This document shows positions 20,024 through 30,005 of a DNA stretch of 60,345 nt, piece by piece. Under the pieces are notes generated by a model. That model was not told the origin of the DNA and ran no database searches. It saw only the letters and a program-made list of their open reading frames with translations. Numbering within the stretch: position 1 is the first letter of the stretch; every line of letters starts with the position of its first letter. Origin of the DNA: a bacterium (GTDB taxonomy: Bacteria > Blakebacterota > Blakebacteria > Blakebacterales > JAWOFN01); contig JAWOFN010000010.1 in NCBI GenBank assembly GCA_046497505.1, forward strand, positions 1-60,345, in the 5' to 3' direction. Made by a program: the position numbers and the translations under genes.

Positions 20024-20283
20024 TCGCCGGAGCCTCCGCACCCCGACATCCCTCCGCACCCCGCCCAGCGCGCTCTCGCCCCCGGTGAGGAGACCTCCCC
20101 GGGACCCTTCCCGAGAAAAATTCCGACCCAATAGGCCCGGTTCGAGACCGCCCTGGACTTAGGACTCCTAAATGTTGTTGGGGCGGACATCATCCGACAC
20201 CGGCGGCCTTGCGCAGGCCCCCCGCTGCCGGTTCATTGTCCCGCACAGACCTTCCGAGACCATCGACCGAGGAGCCGTGTTCC

Positions 20284-21015
20284 GTGAGTCTGGACGTACT
20301 GGCCATCGCCGCCCACCGTGACGACATCGAACTGCGTGCCGGGGGCACCCTGATCCGCCTGGCCGAGGAGGGCTACGAGGTGGGTGCCTTGGACCTCACG
20401 GCAGGGGAGGCGGGGACCAGCGGGGACGCGCCGACCCGTGAGGAGGAGGCCGCGGAGGCCGCACAGGTCATGGGGCTCGCGCACAGGGAGTGCCTGGGCC
20501 TGTCCGACGGCGCCCTGGACGCTCGGGACCGGGGGGCACTGCGGGCGGTCGTGGAGGTCATCCGGCGCCACAGGCCCATTCTGGTCATCGCTCCCTACTG
20601 GGTCACCCGGCACCCGGACCACCGGGAGGCCAGCGAGCTGGTCACCGATGCCGCCTTCTTCGCCGGCATGAAGAAGTTCGAGGCCGAGGGGGCTCCGTAC
20701 CGTCCCCACGACGTTTGGTACTTCATGATGCGTTACCGCTTCGAACCCTCGGTCATCGTGGACATCTCCGATCACTTCGATCGGAAGCGAGAGGCGGTGA
20801 TGGCCTACCGCAGCCAGTTCTACGATCCGGACGCCCCCAGGGACCCCGAGGACGAGACCTGGATCTCGAAACCGGAGTTCCTGGACGAGATCTGGACCAT
20901 GGACCGTCACTACGGGAGGCTGATCCGTGCCCGATACGGCGAGCCCTTCTTCATGAAGCATCCGCCGGAGGCCATCGATCCGGTGGCCCTTTCCCGGCCG
21001 CGCCGATACTACTAG
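20284..21015 (+). CDS. bshB1: Bacillithiol biosynthesis deacetylase
   Basis: AAHRDDIE, DLTAGEAGT, RHPDH and AYRSQF motifs; adjacent to bshA. Confidence 0.88.
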   Translation: MSLDVLAIAAHRDDIELRAGGTLIRLAEEGYEVGALDLTAGEAGTSGDAPTREEEAAEAAQVMGLAHRECLGLSDGALDARDRGALRAVVEVIRRHRPILVIAPYWVTRHPDHREASELVTDAAFFAGMKKFEAEGAPYRPHDVWYFMMRYRFEPSVIVDISDHFDRKREAVMAYRSQFYDPDAPRDPEDETWISKPEFLDEIWTMDRHYGRLIRARYGEPFFMKHPPEAIDPVALSRPRRYY

Positions 21016-21077
21016 CCTGATATCCTGTAATGGGGGCTTCAGACCCCCGGTCCGACGACCACGCCCGGGAGTTCCGC

Positions 21078-22229
21078 ATGGACGCGCCGAAAGGCCGCAT
21101 CGGCATCACCTGCTATCCCACCTTCGGAGGGAGCGGGATCCTCGCCACCGAACTGGGGCTGGAACTGGCCCGTCGGGGGTGGGAGGTCCACTTCATCTCC
21201 AGCCGGACACCCCGCAGGATCGCCGACTACCGGGAGCGGGTCTTCGTCCACGAGGTGGAACCCATGCGGTACCCCCTCTTCGAGCACACCCCCTTCGCCC
21301 TGGCCCTGGCCGTCAAACAGGCCGAGGTGGCCCGAGGGTTCGATCTCGATCTGCTGCACGTGCACTACGCCATCCCCCACGCGACCAGCGCCTGGCTGGC
21401 ACAGCAGATGCTCGACCGTCGGGGCCTCGTCCGGCACCTGAAGATCCTCACCACCCTCCACGGCACGGACATCACCCTGGTGGGTCAGGACCCCTCCTAC
21501 TACGACATCACGCGGTTCAGTCTGGAGGTCTCGGACGGTATCACCGCGGTCTCTGACTACCTCACCGGCGAGACCCGACGGATCTTCAACCTGGACGCGG
21601 AGATCGAGCGCATCCACAATTTCGTGGACACCGAGGAGTACGTGCCCGACCCCCCTGAGAGTCCCTGCAGGGAGAAGATGGGGTTCGGGGACGAGAAGCT
21701 CATGCTCCACGTCAGCAACTTCCGTGAGGTGAAGCGGATCCCCGATCTCATGGAGATCTTCCTGCGGGTGAGCCGGCGGATGGATAGCCGGCTCCTGCTG
21801 GTGGGTGAGGGCCCCGAACTGGCCCGGGCCCTCCGCTTCGGCCGCACCCACGGTCTGGAGGACCGGGTACACGCCATGGGCCGTGTCGAGAGTCCCGCCT
21901 GTTTCCTCGCCATGTCCGACCTCCTGTTGCTCCCCTCCCGGTCCGAGTCCTTCGGGCTGGTGGCCCTGGAGGCCCTCTCCACCGCCACACCGGTTGTGGC
22001 CAGCAGGGTGGGGGGGCTCCCCGAGGTGGTCTCCCACGGGGAGGACGGCTACCTGGAGGAGGCGGGTGACGTGGATGCCATGGCGGCAAGGGCCCTGGAA
22101 CTCCTCGGTGACGAACGGCTCTTGCGGGCCTTTGGTGCCCGGGGGAGGGAACGGGCGGTGAACAGCTTCAGCCGCGACCGGATCGTGGATCAGTACGAGG
22201 CCTATTATCAGAGGATCCTTTCGGGATGA
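21078..22229 (+). CDS. bshA: N-acetyl-alpha-D-glucosaminyl L-malate synthase
   Basis: IGITCYPTFGGSG, HVHYAIPHA, TTLHGTDIT, SNFREVKR and ESFGLVALEA motifs. Confidence 0.93.
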   Translation: MDAPKGRIGITCYPTFGGSGILATELGLELARRGWEVHFISSRTPRRIADYRERVFVHEVEPMRYPLFEHTPFALALAVKQAEVARGFDLDLLHVHYAIPHATSAWLAQQMLDRRGLVRHLKILTTLHGTDITLVGQDPSYYDITRFSLEVSDGITAVSDYLTGETRRIFNLDAEIERIHNFVDTEEYVPDPPESPCREKMGFGDEKLMLHVSNFREVKRIPDLMEIFLRVSRRMDSRLLLVGEGPELARALRFGRTHGLEDRVHAMGRVESPACFLAMSDLLLLPSRSESFGLVALEALSTATPVVASRVGGLPEVVSHGEDGYLEEAGDVDAMAARALELLGDERLLRAFGARGRERAVNSFSRDRIVDQYEAYYQRILSG

Positions 22230-22861
22230 ACCTCGGGGATGGCGCCCCCTATCGGACCGTCCGGGAACCGGGCCGGGCCGAATGGAAGGAGAAGGGAAGC
22301 CGTTTCCTCGCCTTCATCGAACCCTGTCCGGATCTCCCGAGGGCCGAAGCACGTATCCACGACTGCAGAGACCGTCACACGGACGCTACCCACGTATGCT
22401 GGGCCTGGCGGCTGCGGACGGAACCGGATCCGGGAGAGGCTTCTTCCGATGCCGGCGAACCGGCCGGCACCGCCGGCGTACCCATGCTGGGGACCCTCCG
22501 TTCCGCCCGGGTGTGGGATGTGCTGGGGATCGTGGTGCGCTGGTACGGTGGGACGAACCTGGGCAGGGGCGGACTGATACGCGCCTATCGGGGCGTACTG
22601 GCCGACGCGGTAGAGGCGGCCCAGGTGGTCGAGGCCCTTCCCCGGGTGCGGGTGACCGCGGCCGCCCCGATGGGACGGGTCGGCGATCTCCACCGGGTCC
22701 TCTCGGTCCTGGGAGCCGAATACGGGGAGCAGCGTGTCGGGGGCGGGGAGGTCCTTCAGGATGTGGTGGTGCCGCTGCGAGACCTGGAGCGACTGGACGA
22801 CATGATCACCGAGGCGACACACGGGGAGGGCAGGGTGCTGCGCGGAGAGGGGATGGGATGA
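22226..22861 (+). CDS. YigZ/IMPACT family protein
   Basis: KGSRF, ATHVCWAW, SDAGEPAGTAG.PML and VVRWYGG..LG.GGLIRAY motifs. Confidence 0.92.
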   Translation: MNLGDGAPYRTVREPGRAEWKEKGSRFLAFIEPCPDLPRAEARIHDCRDRHTDATHVCWAWRLRTEPDPGEASSDAGEPAGTAGVPMLGTLRSARVWDVLGIVVRWYGGTNLGRGGLIRAYRGVLADAVEAAQVVEALPRVRVTAAAPMGRVGDLHRVLSVLGAEYGEQRVGGGEVLQDVVVPLRDLERLDDMITEATHGEGRVLRGEGMG

Positions 22862-25500
22862 GGAAGAGCTGTACCGGCCGTCTCCTCCACCTCTTCCTCC
22901 CTTTGCTCCTCCTGGCGGGGACGCTGGCCGGTGCCCATCCGTGCGCCTGGGCAGGAGTCCTCCCCCAGGTCCCGCCTCCCCTCTCCTCGCGGTCCGTCGC
23001 CCCTCCCGACAGTCTCGGCATCCTGGGACCCGCATCCGCTCTCCAGGACACGGGAGCGGTCACGCAGGAACCCCTCCCGGAACGCTCCTCCTCGGTGCGG
23101 GACAGCGTGTGGGGATGGGGAGCGGTCATCACCACCGACGGCAGCGAGGCCACCTTCAGGGGTTCGGTCCAGGAGCCGGCTCGGGTCTCCTACATGAACA
23201 TGGAGCTCACCGCCGGGACCATCGTCTACGATACCGAGAAGGAGATCCTCACCGCCCTCCCCATGGCGGACACCACCGAGGGGGGCGGAGGGGAGGAGAT
23301 CCACCGCCCGGTGTTCAGCCAGGGTGACCAGCGGGTGGTGGGGGACCGGATGAACTACGACCTCCGGGCCGAGAAGGGTGTCGTATTCGGGGCGGACACC
23401 GCGTACGAAGCGGGCTACTACCACGGACGGCGGATCAGTGCCATCACCGGGGAGCCGGACTACCTCCTGGTGCGGGATGCCTCGTATACCACATGCGACA
23501 TCGACGACCCGCACTACCACTTCGCCGCGAAGAAGATGAAGATCATCCCCGAGGACAAGGTGATCGGTCGCCACATCGTCTTCTACCAGCGCATCCCGTT
23601 CATGGACTTCGACATGCCGCTCTTCTACGTCCCCTTCCTGGTCCGTTCGATCCGGACCGGGCGGCAGTCGGGGCTTCTCATGCCCAAGTACTCGAGCAAC
23701 TCGCTCACCGGGATCACCCTCAAGGACCTGGGTTACTACTGGGCCCCCAGCGACTATTTCGACACCCGGCTGGCCCTGGACCTCACCGAGAAGCAGGGTA
23801 TCGTGGTACGCAGCCGCACGCGCTACGCCCTGCGCTACAAGCTTCAGGGGAACGTGGAGGGCACCTACAACCGGGACAGGGCCCGGGGGGTCGAGCGGTG
23901 GTGGACCCGGTTCAACCACTCCCACGAGGTCACCCCCAGTCTTCGGCTCGTGGCCCAGGGCAACTTCGAGTCCTCCCGGAATATCCGGGAGTTCGAGGAC
24001 AACTTCGAGCGACGGCTCCGCAGGGTACTCAGGAGTCACCTCAACGCCAGCAAGCGGTTCGAGAGCGGGGCCAGTCTCTCGGCCACGGTGAGCCAGGAAC
24101 GCTACCTGGACTTTCCCGAGACCGTGGAGACCACGCTGCCCAACCTCACCTTCCGGGTCCCGCGCCAGCCCCTGTTCGGATCCGAGGACAGCGGCCGGGA
24201 GCGGGGAGGGAGCCCCGGAGGACTGGCGGGCTTCGGGTTCGGAGGAGGGGCACAGGAAGAAGAGACTGCGGTCCCGCCCTGGTATGAGAACCTCTATGTG
24301 GACTACAACCTGGCGACGCTCAGCCGGATCCGGTCGACCCTGGAGGTGAGCGGTTCGGACACCTCCCGGGTGACCACCGACCATTCCGGCCTGCAGCAGC
24401 GGGCCAACCTCACCTATTCGGGGAGGGCGGGGGTCCTCAACATACAGCCCAACTTCTCGGCCCGGGAGGCCTGGTACTTCGGGAACGAGGCCGAGGACGG
24501 CTTCCAGCGCCGCCTGCTGTGGGACTCGAGTCTGCGGGCAAGCACGAAGATCTATGGGATGACGGAGCGGCCCCTGGGCATAGACGCTTCCTTCCGGCAC
24601 GTGGTGGAGCCCAGCATCTCCTATGTATACAGTCCCGACTTCACCGACCTCCCCGAGGTGCCCGGCACCTTCGGCGGGGCGGGGGGTCCCCAGCAGGCCA
24701 TCCGCTTCAGCCTGGGACAGGTCTTCCAGATGAAACGGCAGGCGGGAGAGCAGGAACGGAAGACCGACCTGGCCCGGGTGAGCACCAGCGGGAGCTACAA
24801 CAGCAGGTCCCGCGGCGGCAAGAAACTGTCGGAGATAAGTACTTCCGTTAACATGAACCCCGCACGGGCGCTGAGTCTGCAGCTGAACGTGGTGCACGAC
24901 TTCTACACCCCGGGGACCGTGAACCAGCAAGGGGTCGAGCCCAGGTTCCAGTGGACCCCGGTGACCCAGAACGTCACCTACCGAAGTTCGGTGCGGTTCA
25001 GCAGTCAGGACCTCATGAGCTGGCTGGGTCTGCGGGGCGCTGCTTCCGACGCCGCGGACGAGGAGGAGGAACCGGGAGAGACCCCTTCCGCGGAGCAGCA
25101 GGGCGAGCAGGAGGAGGACATCCCCTTCGCTTCGGAGTCGGGCCAGCAGGGGGAGTTCGGTCGGCAGCCCGCCCGTCGCCGTGCGAGGGGGGCGGCGCTC
25201 TGGAACCTGCGGCTGAACCATGATTTCGGCTGGCAGCGGGCGGTGGAGACGAACCGGCACAGTCTGGACGGTTCGCTCTCCTTCAACCTGCCCAAGTGGA
25301 GCCTCTCATGGACCGCCCGGTATGACGTGGCCCGAAACGAGATGGTCCGACAGACCTTCGACATCCACCGGGACCTCCACTGCTGGGAGGCACGTCTGCA
25401 GGTGGTGGCCACCGGACCGGGACGGGGATTCTGGTTCGTGATCAACATCAAGGACATCCCCGAGATCAAGTACGAGCAGCGGCGGACCATCTACCCCTGA
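22858..25500 (+). CDS. lptD: LPS assembly protein LptD-like
   Basis: Signal peptide; YTTCD...PHY, RQSGLLMP, GYYWA.SDY.D and RDLHCWE motifs; beta-barrel-like C-terminus. Confidence 0.85.
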   Translation: MRKSCTGRLLHLFLPLLLLAGTLAGAHPCAWAGVLPQVPPPLSSRSVAPPDSLGILGPASALQDTGAVTQEPLPERSSSVRDSVWGWGAVITTDGSEATFRGSVQEPARVSYMNMELTAGTIVYDTEKEILTALPMADTTEGGGGEEIHRPVFSQGDQRVVGDRMNYDLRAEKGVVFGADTAYEAGYYHGRRISAITGEPDYLLVRDASYTTCDIDDPHYHFAAKKMKIIPEDKVIGRHIVFYQRIPFMDFDMPLFYVPFLVRSIRTGRQSGLLMPKYSSNSLTGITLKDLGYYWAPSDYFDTRLALDLTEKQGIVVRSRTRYALRYKLQGNVEGTYNRDRARGVERWWTRFNHSHEVTPSLRLVAQGNFESSRNIREFEDNFERRLRRVLRSHLNASKRFESGASLSATVSQERYLDFPETVETTLPNLTFRVPRQPLFGSEDSGRERGGSPGGLAGFGFGGGAQEEETAVPPWYENLYVDYNLATLSRIRSTLEVSGSDTSRVTTDHSGLQQRANLTYSGRAGVLNIQPNFSAREAWYFGNEAEDGFQRRLLWDSSLRASTKIYGMTERPLGIDASFRHVVEPSISYVYSPDFTDLPEVPGTFGGAGGPQQAIRFSLGQVFQMKRQAGEQERKTDLARVSTSGSYNSRSRGGKKLSEISTSVNMNPARALSLQLNVVHDFYTPGTVNQQGVEPRFQWTPVTQNVTYRSSVRFSSQDLMSWLGLRGAASDAADEEEEPGETPSAEQQGEQEEDIPFASESGQQGEFGRQPARRRARGAALWNLRLNHDFGWQRAVETNRHSLDGSLSFNLPKWSLSWTARYDVARNEMVRQTFDIHRDLHCWEARLQVVATGPGRGFWFVINIKDIPEIKYEQRRTIYP

Positions 25501-25546
25501 TCGCCGCGAAGCCAGCACCAGCAAGGGCTCACGGCCAGCCCGTCTC

Positions 25547-25576
25547 TTGACATCGATTCCGGCGTGCTCCTATGAT
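25547..25576 (+). promoter_or_regulatory. Sigma70 promoter of hup
   Basis: TTGACA-18 nt-TATGAT. Confidence 0.75.
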
Positions 25577-25631
25577 GGGCCCGCCTTTCAGGAACGCACC
25601 CGAACCTCAACCGATCCTCAGGAGGTCCAGC

Positions 25632-25904
25632 ATGACCAAGAAGGAGATCGTGGCAAAGGCAGCCGACTCGGCCGGTGTCTCCAAGACCAAGGCCGAATCG
25701 GTCATCAACGCCACGCTGGAAGAGATCACCAAAGCGCTGAAGAAGGGCAAGAAGGTCACCTTCGTGGGATTCGGCACCTTCTCGACCAGCGAGCGGAAGG
25801 CCCGGACCGGGCGCAACCCCCGCACCGGCGAGGAGATCCAGATCCCGGCCAGCACGGTGCCGAAGTTCAAGGCCGGCAAGACGCTGAAGGACTCGGTCAA
25901 CTAG
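25632..25904 (+). CDS. hup: DNA-binding protein HU
   Basis: MTKKEIV...VGFGTFS..ERKARTGRNPRTGEEIQI...PKFKAGK; AGGAGG RBS. Confidence 0.97.
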   Translation: MTKKEIVAKAADSAGVSKTKAESVINATLEEITKALKKGKKVTFVGFGTFSTSERKARTGRNPRTGEEIQIPASTVPKFKAGKTLKDSVN

Positions 25905-26013
25905 CTCCCGTCCGAGAGCGGGTCTTCCGGACGTCCTCATCCTGAGGACGCACCAGATGTCGTGCCCTCAGGGGACGGCTTGGTGTCCCCCATCGAGGCA
26001 GTGATCCACGGGG

Positions 26014-26045
26014 AAGGAGCAGGCACATCGGGTCTGCTCCTTTTT
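26014..26045 (+). terminator. Intrinsic terminator downstream of hup
   Basis: AAGGAGCAGGC...GTCTGCTCC followed by TTTTT. Confidence 0.65.
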
Positions 26046-26102
26046 CCTTCCCGGATCCGGGTGTCCCTTTCCTCCGCCGCTCTCAGCCGCTACATATAGG
26101 CC

Positions 26103-27356
26103 ATGCGCACCATCCTCTTCGAAGACGCCCAATGGCGCCGGCTGCTCCCCCTCACCGCGCTGAAGAGCACCCTGGCCCTTCGCTGCGGCATCCTCCCCCT
26201 GTGGGAACGGGCAGACCGGGCCCTGGAGGGGGGCCTGGACGGGCTGGCCTGCCGTCATGAGGCCGCAGCGGCCTGGCTCATCGACCTCCCCTCCAGGCCC
26301 CTCAACCCCGGCGGCACCGAACCGACCCTCTGGCTGAACGCCCGGGTCATCTGGACCTCCGAACGTCTGGACCAGGCCCGGCACCTTGAGCCAGGACGGT
26401 CCCTCACGGGTCCCCGGGGTGAACCGCTGGCCGCGGTGGCTGAGCTCGAGGCCGATACACCGGACCTCGGGCGGCGCATCGAAGAGGCGACCGAGACCAT
26501 GGGCGAAGCGGACTGGCCCGTACTGGGCACCTGGTACGACCTGCTGGCCCACAACCCGGCCGCCATCATCGACGATGCGGTCCTGCTGGGTCTCAAGACG
26601 GTCCCTGAGGTACCGGCGGGTGTACATCGGGTCGGGGAGTACGGTCTCTGGATGGGGGAGGGTGCGGTCATCATGCCTGGGAGTGTCCTGGATACCCGGG
26701 AGGGCCCCATCTTCCTGGACGAGGGAGCCGAAGTGATGGCGAACGCCTTCCTCCAGGGTCCCTGTTATGTGGGAAGGGATTCCCTGGTCCGGGTGGGATC
26801 GGTCCTCTACGAGGGGTGCAGTCTGGGACGGCGGTGCAAGGTGGGCGGAGAGCTGGAAGCGGTCCTCATGCAGGGCTTCGCCAACAAGCAGCACGGCGGA
26901 TATCTGGGGAACGCCGTGGTCGGGGAGTGGGTGAACCTGGGCGCCGGCACCAGCAACAGCGACTTGAAGAACACCTACGGTCCCGTGAGTACCACCGTGG
27001 ATGGTCGGGGCGAGGATACGGGCATGATCCACCTGGGCTGCTGCCTGGGAGATCATACCAAGACGGGCATAAACAGCATGCTCAACACCGGTACCGTCAC
27101 GGGTATCGCATGCAACCTCTACGGATCCGGCTTCCCCCCCGCCTGGGTCCCCGACTTCATCTGGGGACAGCCGGGCCGCTACACACTCCACCTCCTGGAC
27201 CGGGCGGTGGAGACCGCCGGCATCGTCATGGCCCGTCGAGACGTGGAGATGAACGGTGCCTACGAGGCCCTCATGCGGGGCTGGTACGAGGCCACCGCAT
27301 CCGACCGTGAGTCCTTCCTGGCCCGGCCCGGGAACCGCCCCGACCCGAAGAGATAG
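26103..27356 (+). CDS. GlmU-related putative sugar nucleotidyltransferase/acyltransferase (Bacteroidota type)
   Basis: LLPLT...LRCGIL N-terminus; hexapeptide repeats CKVGGE, NKQHGGYLG, GEWVNLGAGT..SDLKNTY and GDHTKTGIN. Confidence 0.85.
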   Translation: MRTILFEDAQWRRLLPLTALKSTLALRCGILPLWERADRALEGGLDGLACRHEAAAAWLIDLPSRPLNPGGTEPTLWLNARVIWTSERLDQARHLEPGRSLTGPRGEPLAAVAELEADTPDLGRRIEEATETMGEADWPVLGTWYDLLAHNPAAIIDDAVLLGLKTVPEVPAGVHRVGEYGLWMGEGAVIMPGSVLDTREGPIFLDEGAEVMANAFLQGPCYVGRDSLVRVGSVLYEGCSLGRRCKVGGELEAVLMQGFANKQHGGYLGNAVVGEWVNLGAGTSNSDLKNTYGPVSTTVDGRGEDTGMIHLGCCLGDHTKTGINSMLNTGTVTGIACNLYGSGFPPAWVPDFIWGQPGRYTLHLLDRAVETAGIVMARRDVEMNGAYEALMRGWYEATASDRESFLARPGNRPDPKR

Positions 27357-27367
27357 GAAGCCAGCGG

Positions 27368-28258
27368 GTGAAGAAGAGTACCAAGGCGGACCTCGTCCTG
27401 GTCCTCGTCGTAAGCCTCTGGGGGACTTCCTTCGCCCTGGTGAAGGGGGCGCTTGATTACGTCACTCCTGCACTCTTCGTCCTCCTCCGATTCCTGATCG
27501 CGGGAGGGGTCTGGGGGGTCCTGTATCACCGCCGGCTGCGGGAGGTCCGGCCCGGGACCTGGTGGCGGGGCCTGGTGCTGGGAGCGGTCCTGGGGGGCGG
27601 GTTCATCATGCAGACCGCGGGGCTGGAACTGACCACCGCCAGCATGTCCGGTTTCATCACCGGTCTGAACGTGATCATCGTCCCCCTGCTGGTGGTCCTC
27701 CTCGAGCGGCGCCTGCCCCGGTGGACCGCCATGCTGGGGGTGGCTCTCTGCACCGTGGGTCTATGGGTGATGACGGCCCCGGAGGGGGCGGGGCTGAACA
27801 CGGGTGATGTGCTGACCATCGGGTGTGCCTTCCTCTTCGCCCTCTATATCGTGCTGGTCGAGATATTCACCGGCGAAGAAGGCTACGACAGCAGGGCCCT
27901 CGCCCTCATCCAGGTCTTCGGTGTCTTCCTCGTCACGCTCCCCGCGCTCCCCCTCCTCGAGGTACCCCGAGTCCACTTCACCTGGGCCTTCACCTGGCGC
28001 TGGATCGTACTGGGGACCATGGCGGCGGTGACCCTGGCCCTGCAGCTCCACTGGCAGCGTTTCATCACCGCCACCCGGGCCGCCATCATCTTCACGCTGG
28101 AGCCTCCACTCGCAGCGCTGTTCGCCTTCATGCTGCTCGGTGAGATCCTTGTCCCGGCCGCCTACGCCGGCGGCGCACTCATCTTCCTGGGCATGCTGGT
28201 GGCGGAGGGTGGGGCGCGACTGTTCCCTGCCGGGCGCGCCGGGGGCGACTTGGCTTGA
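27368..28258 (+). CDS. DMT/EamA family transporter
   Basis: About 10 TM segments; WGTSF, LRF, QTAGL..TTAS and LEP motifs. Confidence 0.92.
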   Translation: MKKSTKADLVLVLVVSLWGTSFALVKGALDYVTPALFVLLRFLIAGGVWGVLYHRRLREVRPGTWWRGLVLGAVLGGGFIMQTAGLELTTASMSGFITGLNVIIVPLLVVLLERRLPRWTAMLGVALCTVGLWVMTAPEGAGLNTGDVLTIGCAFLFALYIVLVEIFTGEEGYDSRALALIQVFGVFLVTLPALPLLEVPRVHFTWAFTWRWIVLGTMAAVTLALQLHWQRFITATRAAIIFTLEPPLAALFAFMLLGEILVPAAYAGGALIFLGMLVAEGGARLFPAGRAGGDLA

Positions 28259-28363
28259 CCGGGCGGAGGTGAGTTCATAGAGTGGGAAACGATGCGACAC
28301 CGAGGCCCGACATAAGGCCGCGACACCGACCTCCCGCCCACCGTGGCGCGGAGGTCCTTTTTT
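28255..28363 (+). promoter_or_regulatory. pyr operon promoter and attenuator leader
   Basis: TTGACC-17 nt-TAGAGT promoter; terminator GACCTCC...GGAGGTC-CTTTTTT (28328-28363) upstream of pyrR. Confidence 0.7.
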
Positions 28364-28413
28364 ATCTGGACCGGCCCCCGCCCGAGGCTGCCGACCCGAG
28401 CCGACGAGCAGCG

Positions 28414-28974
28414 ATGACCGCGAAACGCAGTTCCCGCAAGCGCTCCACCATCATGGATTCAGGGCAGCTGGAGCGGGCCCTTGCCCGCATGGCCCACCAG
28501 ATCATCGAGGCCACCGAGGGCGCGAAGGACCTCGCCCTGGTAGGGATGCAGACCCGGGGTGTGGACCTGGCCCTTCGCCTGGCCCGCCTCATCAAGGCGA
28601 GCGCCGACCGTGAGATCCCGGTGGGCGTGCTGGACGTGACCCTCTACCGGGACGACTTCCGCAACCGGGGGAAGACCCCCGAGGTGCGGCCCTCCGATAT
28701 CCCCTACGAAGTGGACGGGAAGATCCTCATCCTGGTAGACGATGTCCTCTTCACCGGCCGCACGGTCCGCGCGGCTCTGGACTGCCTGATGGATTACGGA
28801 CGCCCGAGGGCGATCCGCCTGGCCGTACTCATCGACCGCGGACATCGCGAACTGCCCATCCGTCCCGACTTCACGGGGCAGGAGGTCAAGACCGCCGAGG
28901 GCGAGGAGATCCTGGTCCGGGTCCTCGAGCACGACGATGAGGACGCCGTCTACCTCGTGGAAGCGCCCGAATAG
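28414..28974 (+). CDS. pyrR: Bifunctional pyr operon attenuation protein/UPRTase
   Basis: RMAHQIIE, GVLDVTLYRDD, LVDDVLFTGRTVRAA and DRGHRELPI motifs. Confidence 0.96.
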   Translation: MTAKRSSRKRSTIMDSGQLERALARMAHQIIEATEGAKDLALVGMQTRGVDLALRLARLIKASADREIPVGVLDVTLYRDDFRNRGKTPEVRPSDIPYEVDGKILILVDDVLFTGRTVRAALDCLMDYGRPRAIRLAVLIDRGHRELPIRPDFTGQEVKTAEGEEILVRVLEHDDEDAVYLVEAPE

Positions 28975-29050
28975 CCATACAGCGCGGCGGGTCCGGGCCG
29001 CCCCCCGCGGCGTCCCCGACCGCCGGCACGCCATCCGACGGAGAGATCAC

Positions 29051-30001
29051 GTGAGTGCGAAGCAGCTTACCATCGAGCACCTCGCAGGGCTTGAAGGGGT
29101 CCCGGCAGCCGACATCGAGCTGCTGCTGGACACTGCCGAGTCCTTCCGCGAGGTACTCGAACGCCCGGTCAAGAAGGTCCCGACCCTCACCGGCGTGACG
29201 GTCCTCAACTTCTTCTACGAACCCTCCACCCGGACGAAGATGTCCTTCGAGCTGGCCGAGAAGCGGCTGTCGGCCGAGGTCGTCAGCTTCGCCACTTCCA
29301 CCTCCAGCGTATCGAAGGGGGAGACCCTCAAGGACACGATCCGGAACATCGAAGCCATGAAGATCGACATGGTCGTGGTCCGGCACAAGCACACCGGGGT
29401 GCCGGACTACCTGGCCCGGGTCACCGACGCGGTGATCCTCAACGCCGGGGACGGGGCCCACGAGCACCCCACCCAGGGACTGCTCGACATGCTCACCATC
29501 CGCCAGGCCGCGAAGAAGCCCTTCAAGGACCTGCGCGTCCTGCTGGTCGGCGATGTCCGCCACAGCCGGGTGATCCGGAGCAACATCTGGGGCCTGAAGA
29601 CCCTGGGGGCCTCGGTGGCCCTCTGCGGTCCGCCGACCCTGCTCCCCCACGGTGTGGATGCCTTCGACGTGGACGTCTATCACGACTTCGATGAGGCCCT
29701 GGAAGGGGCGGACGTGGTGAACGTCATGCGGATCCAGCTCGAGCGGCAGGAGGGAGGGCTCTTCCCCTCCCTCAGGGAGTACAACCGTCTCTTCGGCCTC
29801 ACGAAGGAGCGGCTGCGCCGGGCGAAGAAGGACCTGGTGGTCATGCATCCCGGTCCCATGAACCGGGGCGTGGAGATCGATACCGAGGTGGCCGACGGCG
29901 AACAGTCGGTCATCCTCAGGCAGGTCACCAACGGCGTGGCGGTCCGGATGGCCGCCCTGGTGCTCCTGGCTCCCCAGAAGACCCCTAAGCAGGACGGATA
30001 G
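29051..30001 (+). CDS. pyrB: Aspartate carbamoyltransferase catalytic subunit
   Basis: FYEPSTRT, NAGDG.HEHPTQ, RIQLER and HPGPMNRG motifs. Confidence 0.97.
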   Translation: MSAKQLTIEHLAGLEGVPAADIELLLDTAESFREVLERPVKKVPTLTGVTVLNFFYEPSTRTKMSFELAEKRLSAEVVSFATSTSSVSKGETLKDTIRNIEAMKIDMVVVRHKHTGVPDYLARVTDAVILNAGDGAHEHPTQGLLDMLTIRQAAKKPFKDLRVLLVGDVRHSRVIRSNIWGLKTLGASVALCGPPTLLPHGVDAFDVDVYHDFDEALEGADVVNVMRIQLERQEGGLFPSLREYNRLFGLTKERLRRAKKDLVVMHPGPMNRGVEIDTEVADGEQSVILRQVTNGVAVRMAALVLLAPQKTPKQDG

Positions 30002-30005
30002 AACC

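Noticed and set aside
20030-20070. Direct repeat CCTCCGCACCCC (two copies)
   Set aside because: Only two short low-complexity copies; not a CRISPR array or mobile-element end.
22282-22857. N-terminal extension of the 1072-aa ORF
   Set aside because: It overlaps yigZ; the LptD signal peptide starts at ATG 22858, coupled to the yigZ stop.
22756-25260. 834-aa minus-strand ORF
   Set aside because: Antisense shadow of lptD; the many other Arg/Gly/Pro-rich overlapping ORFs were rejected for the same reason.
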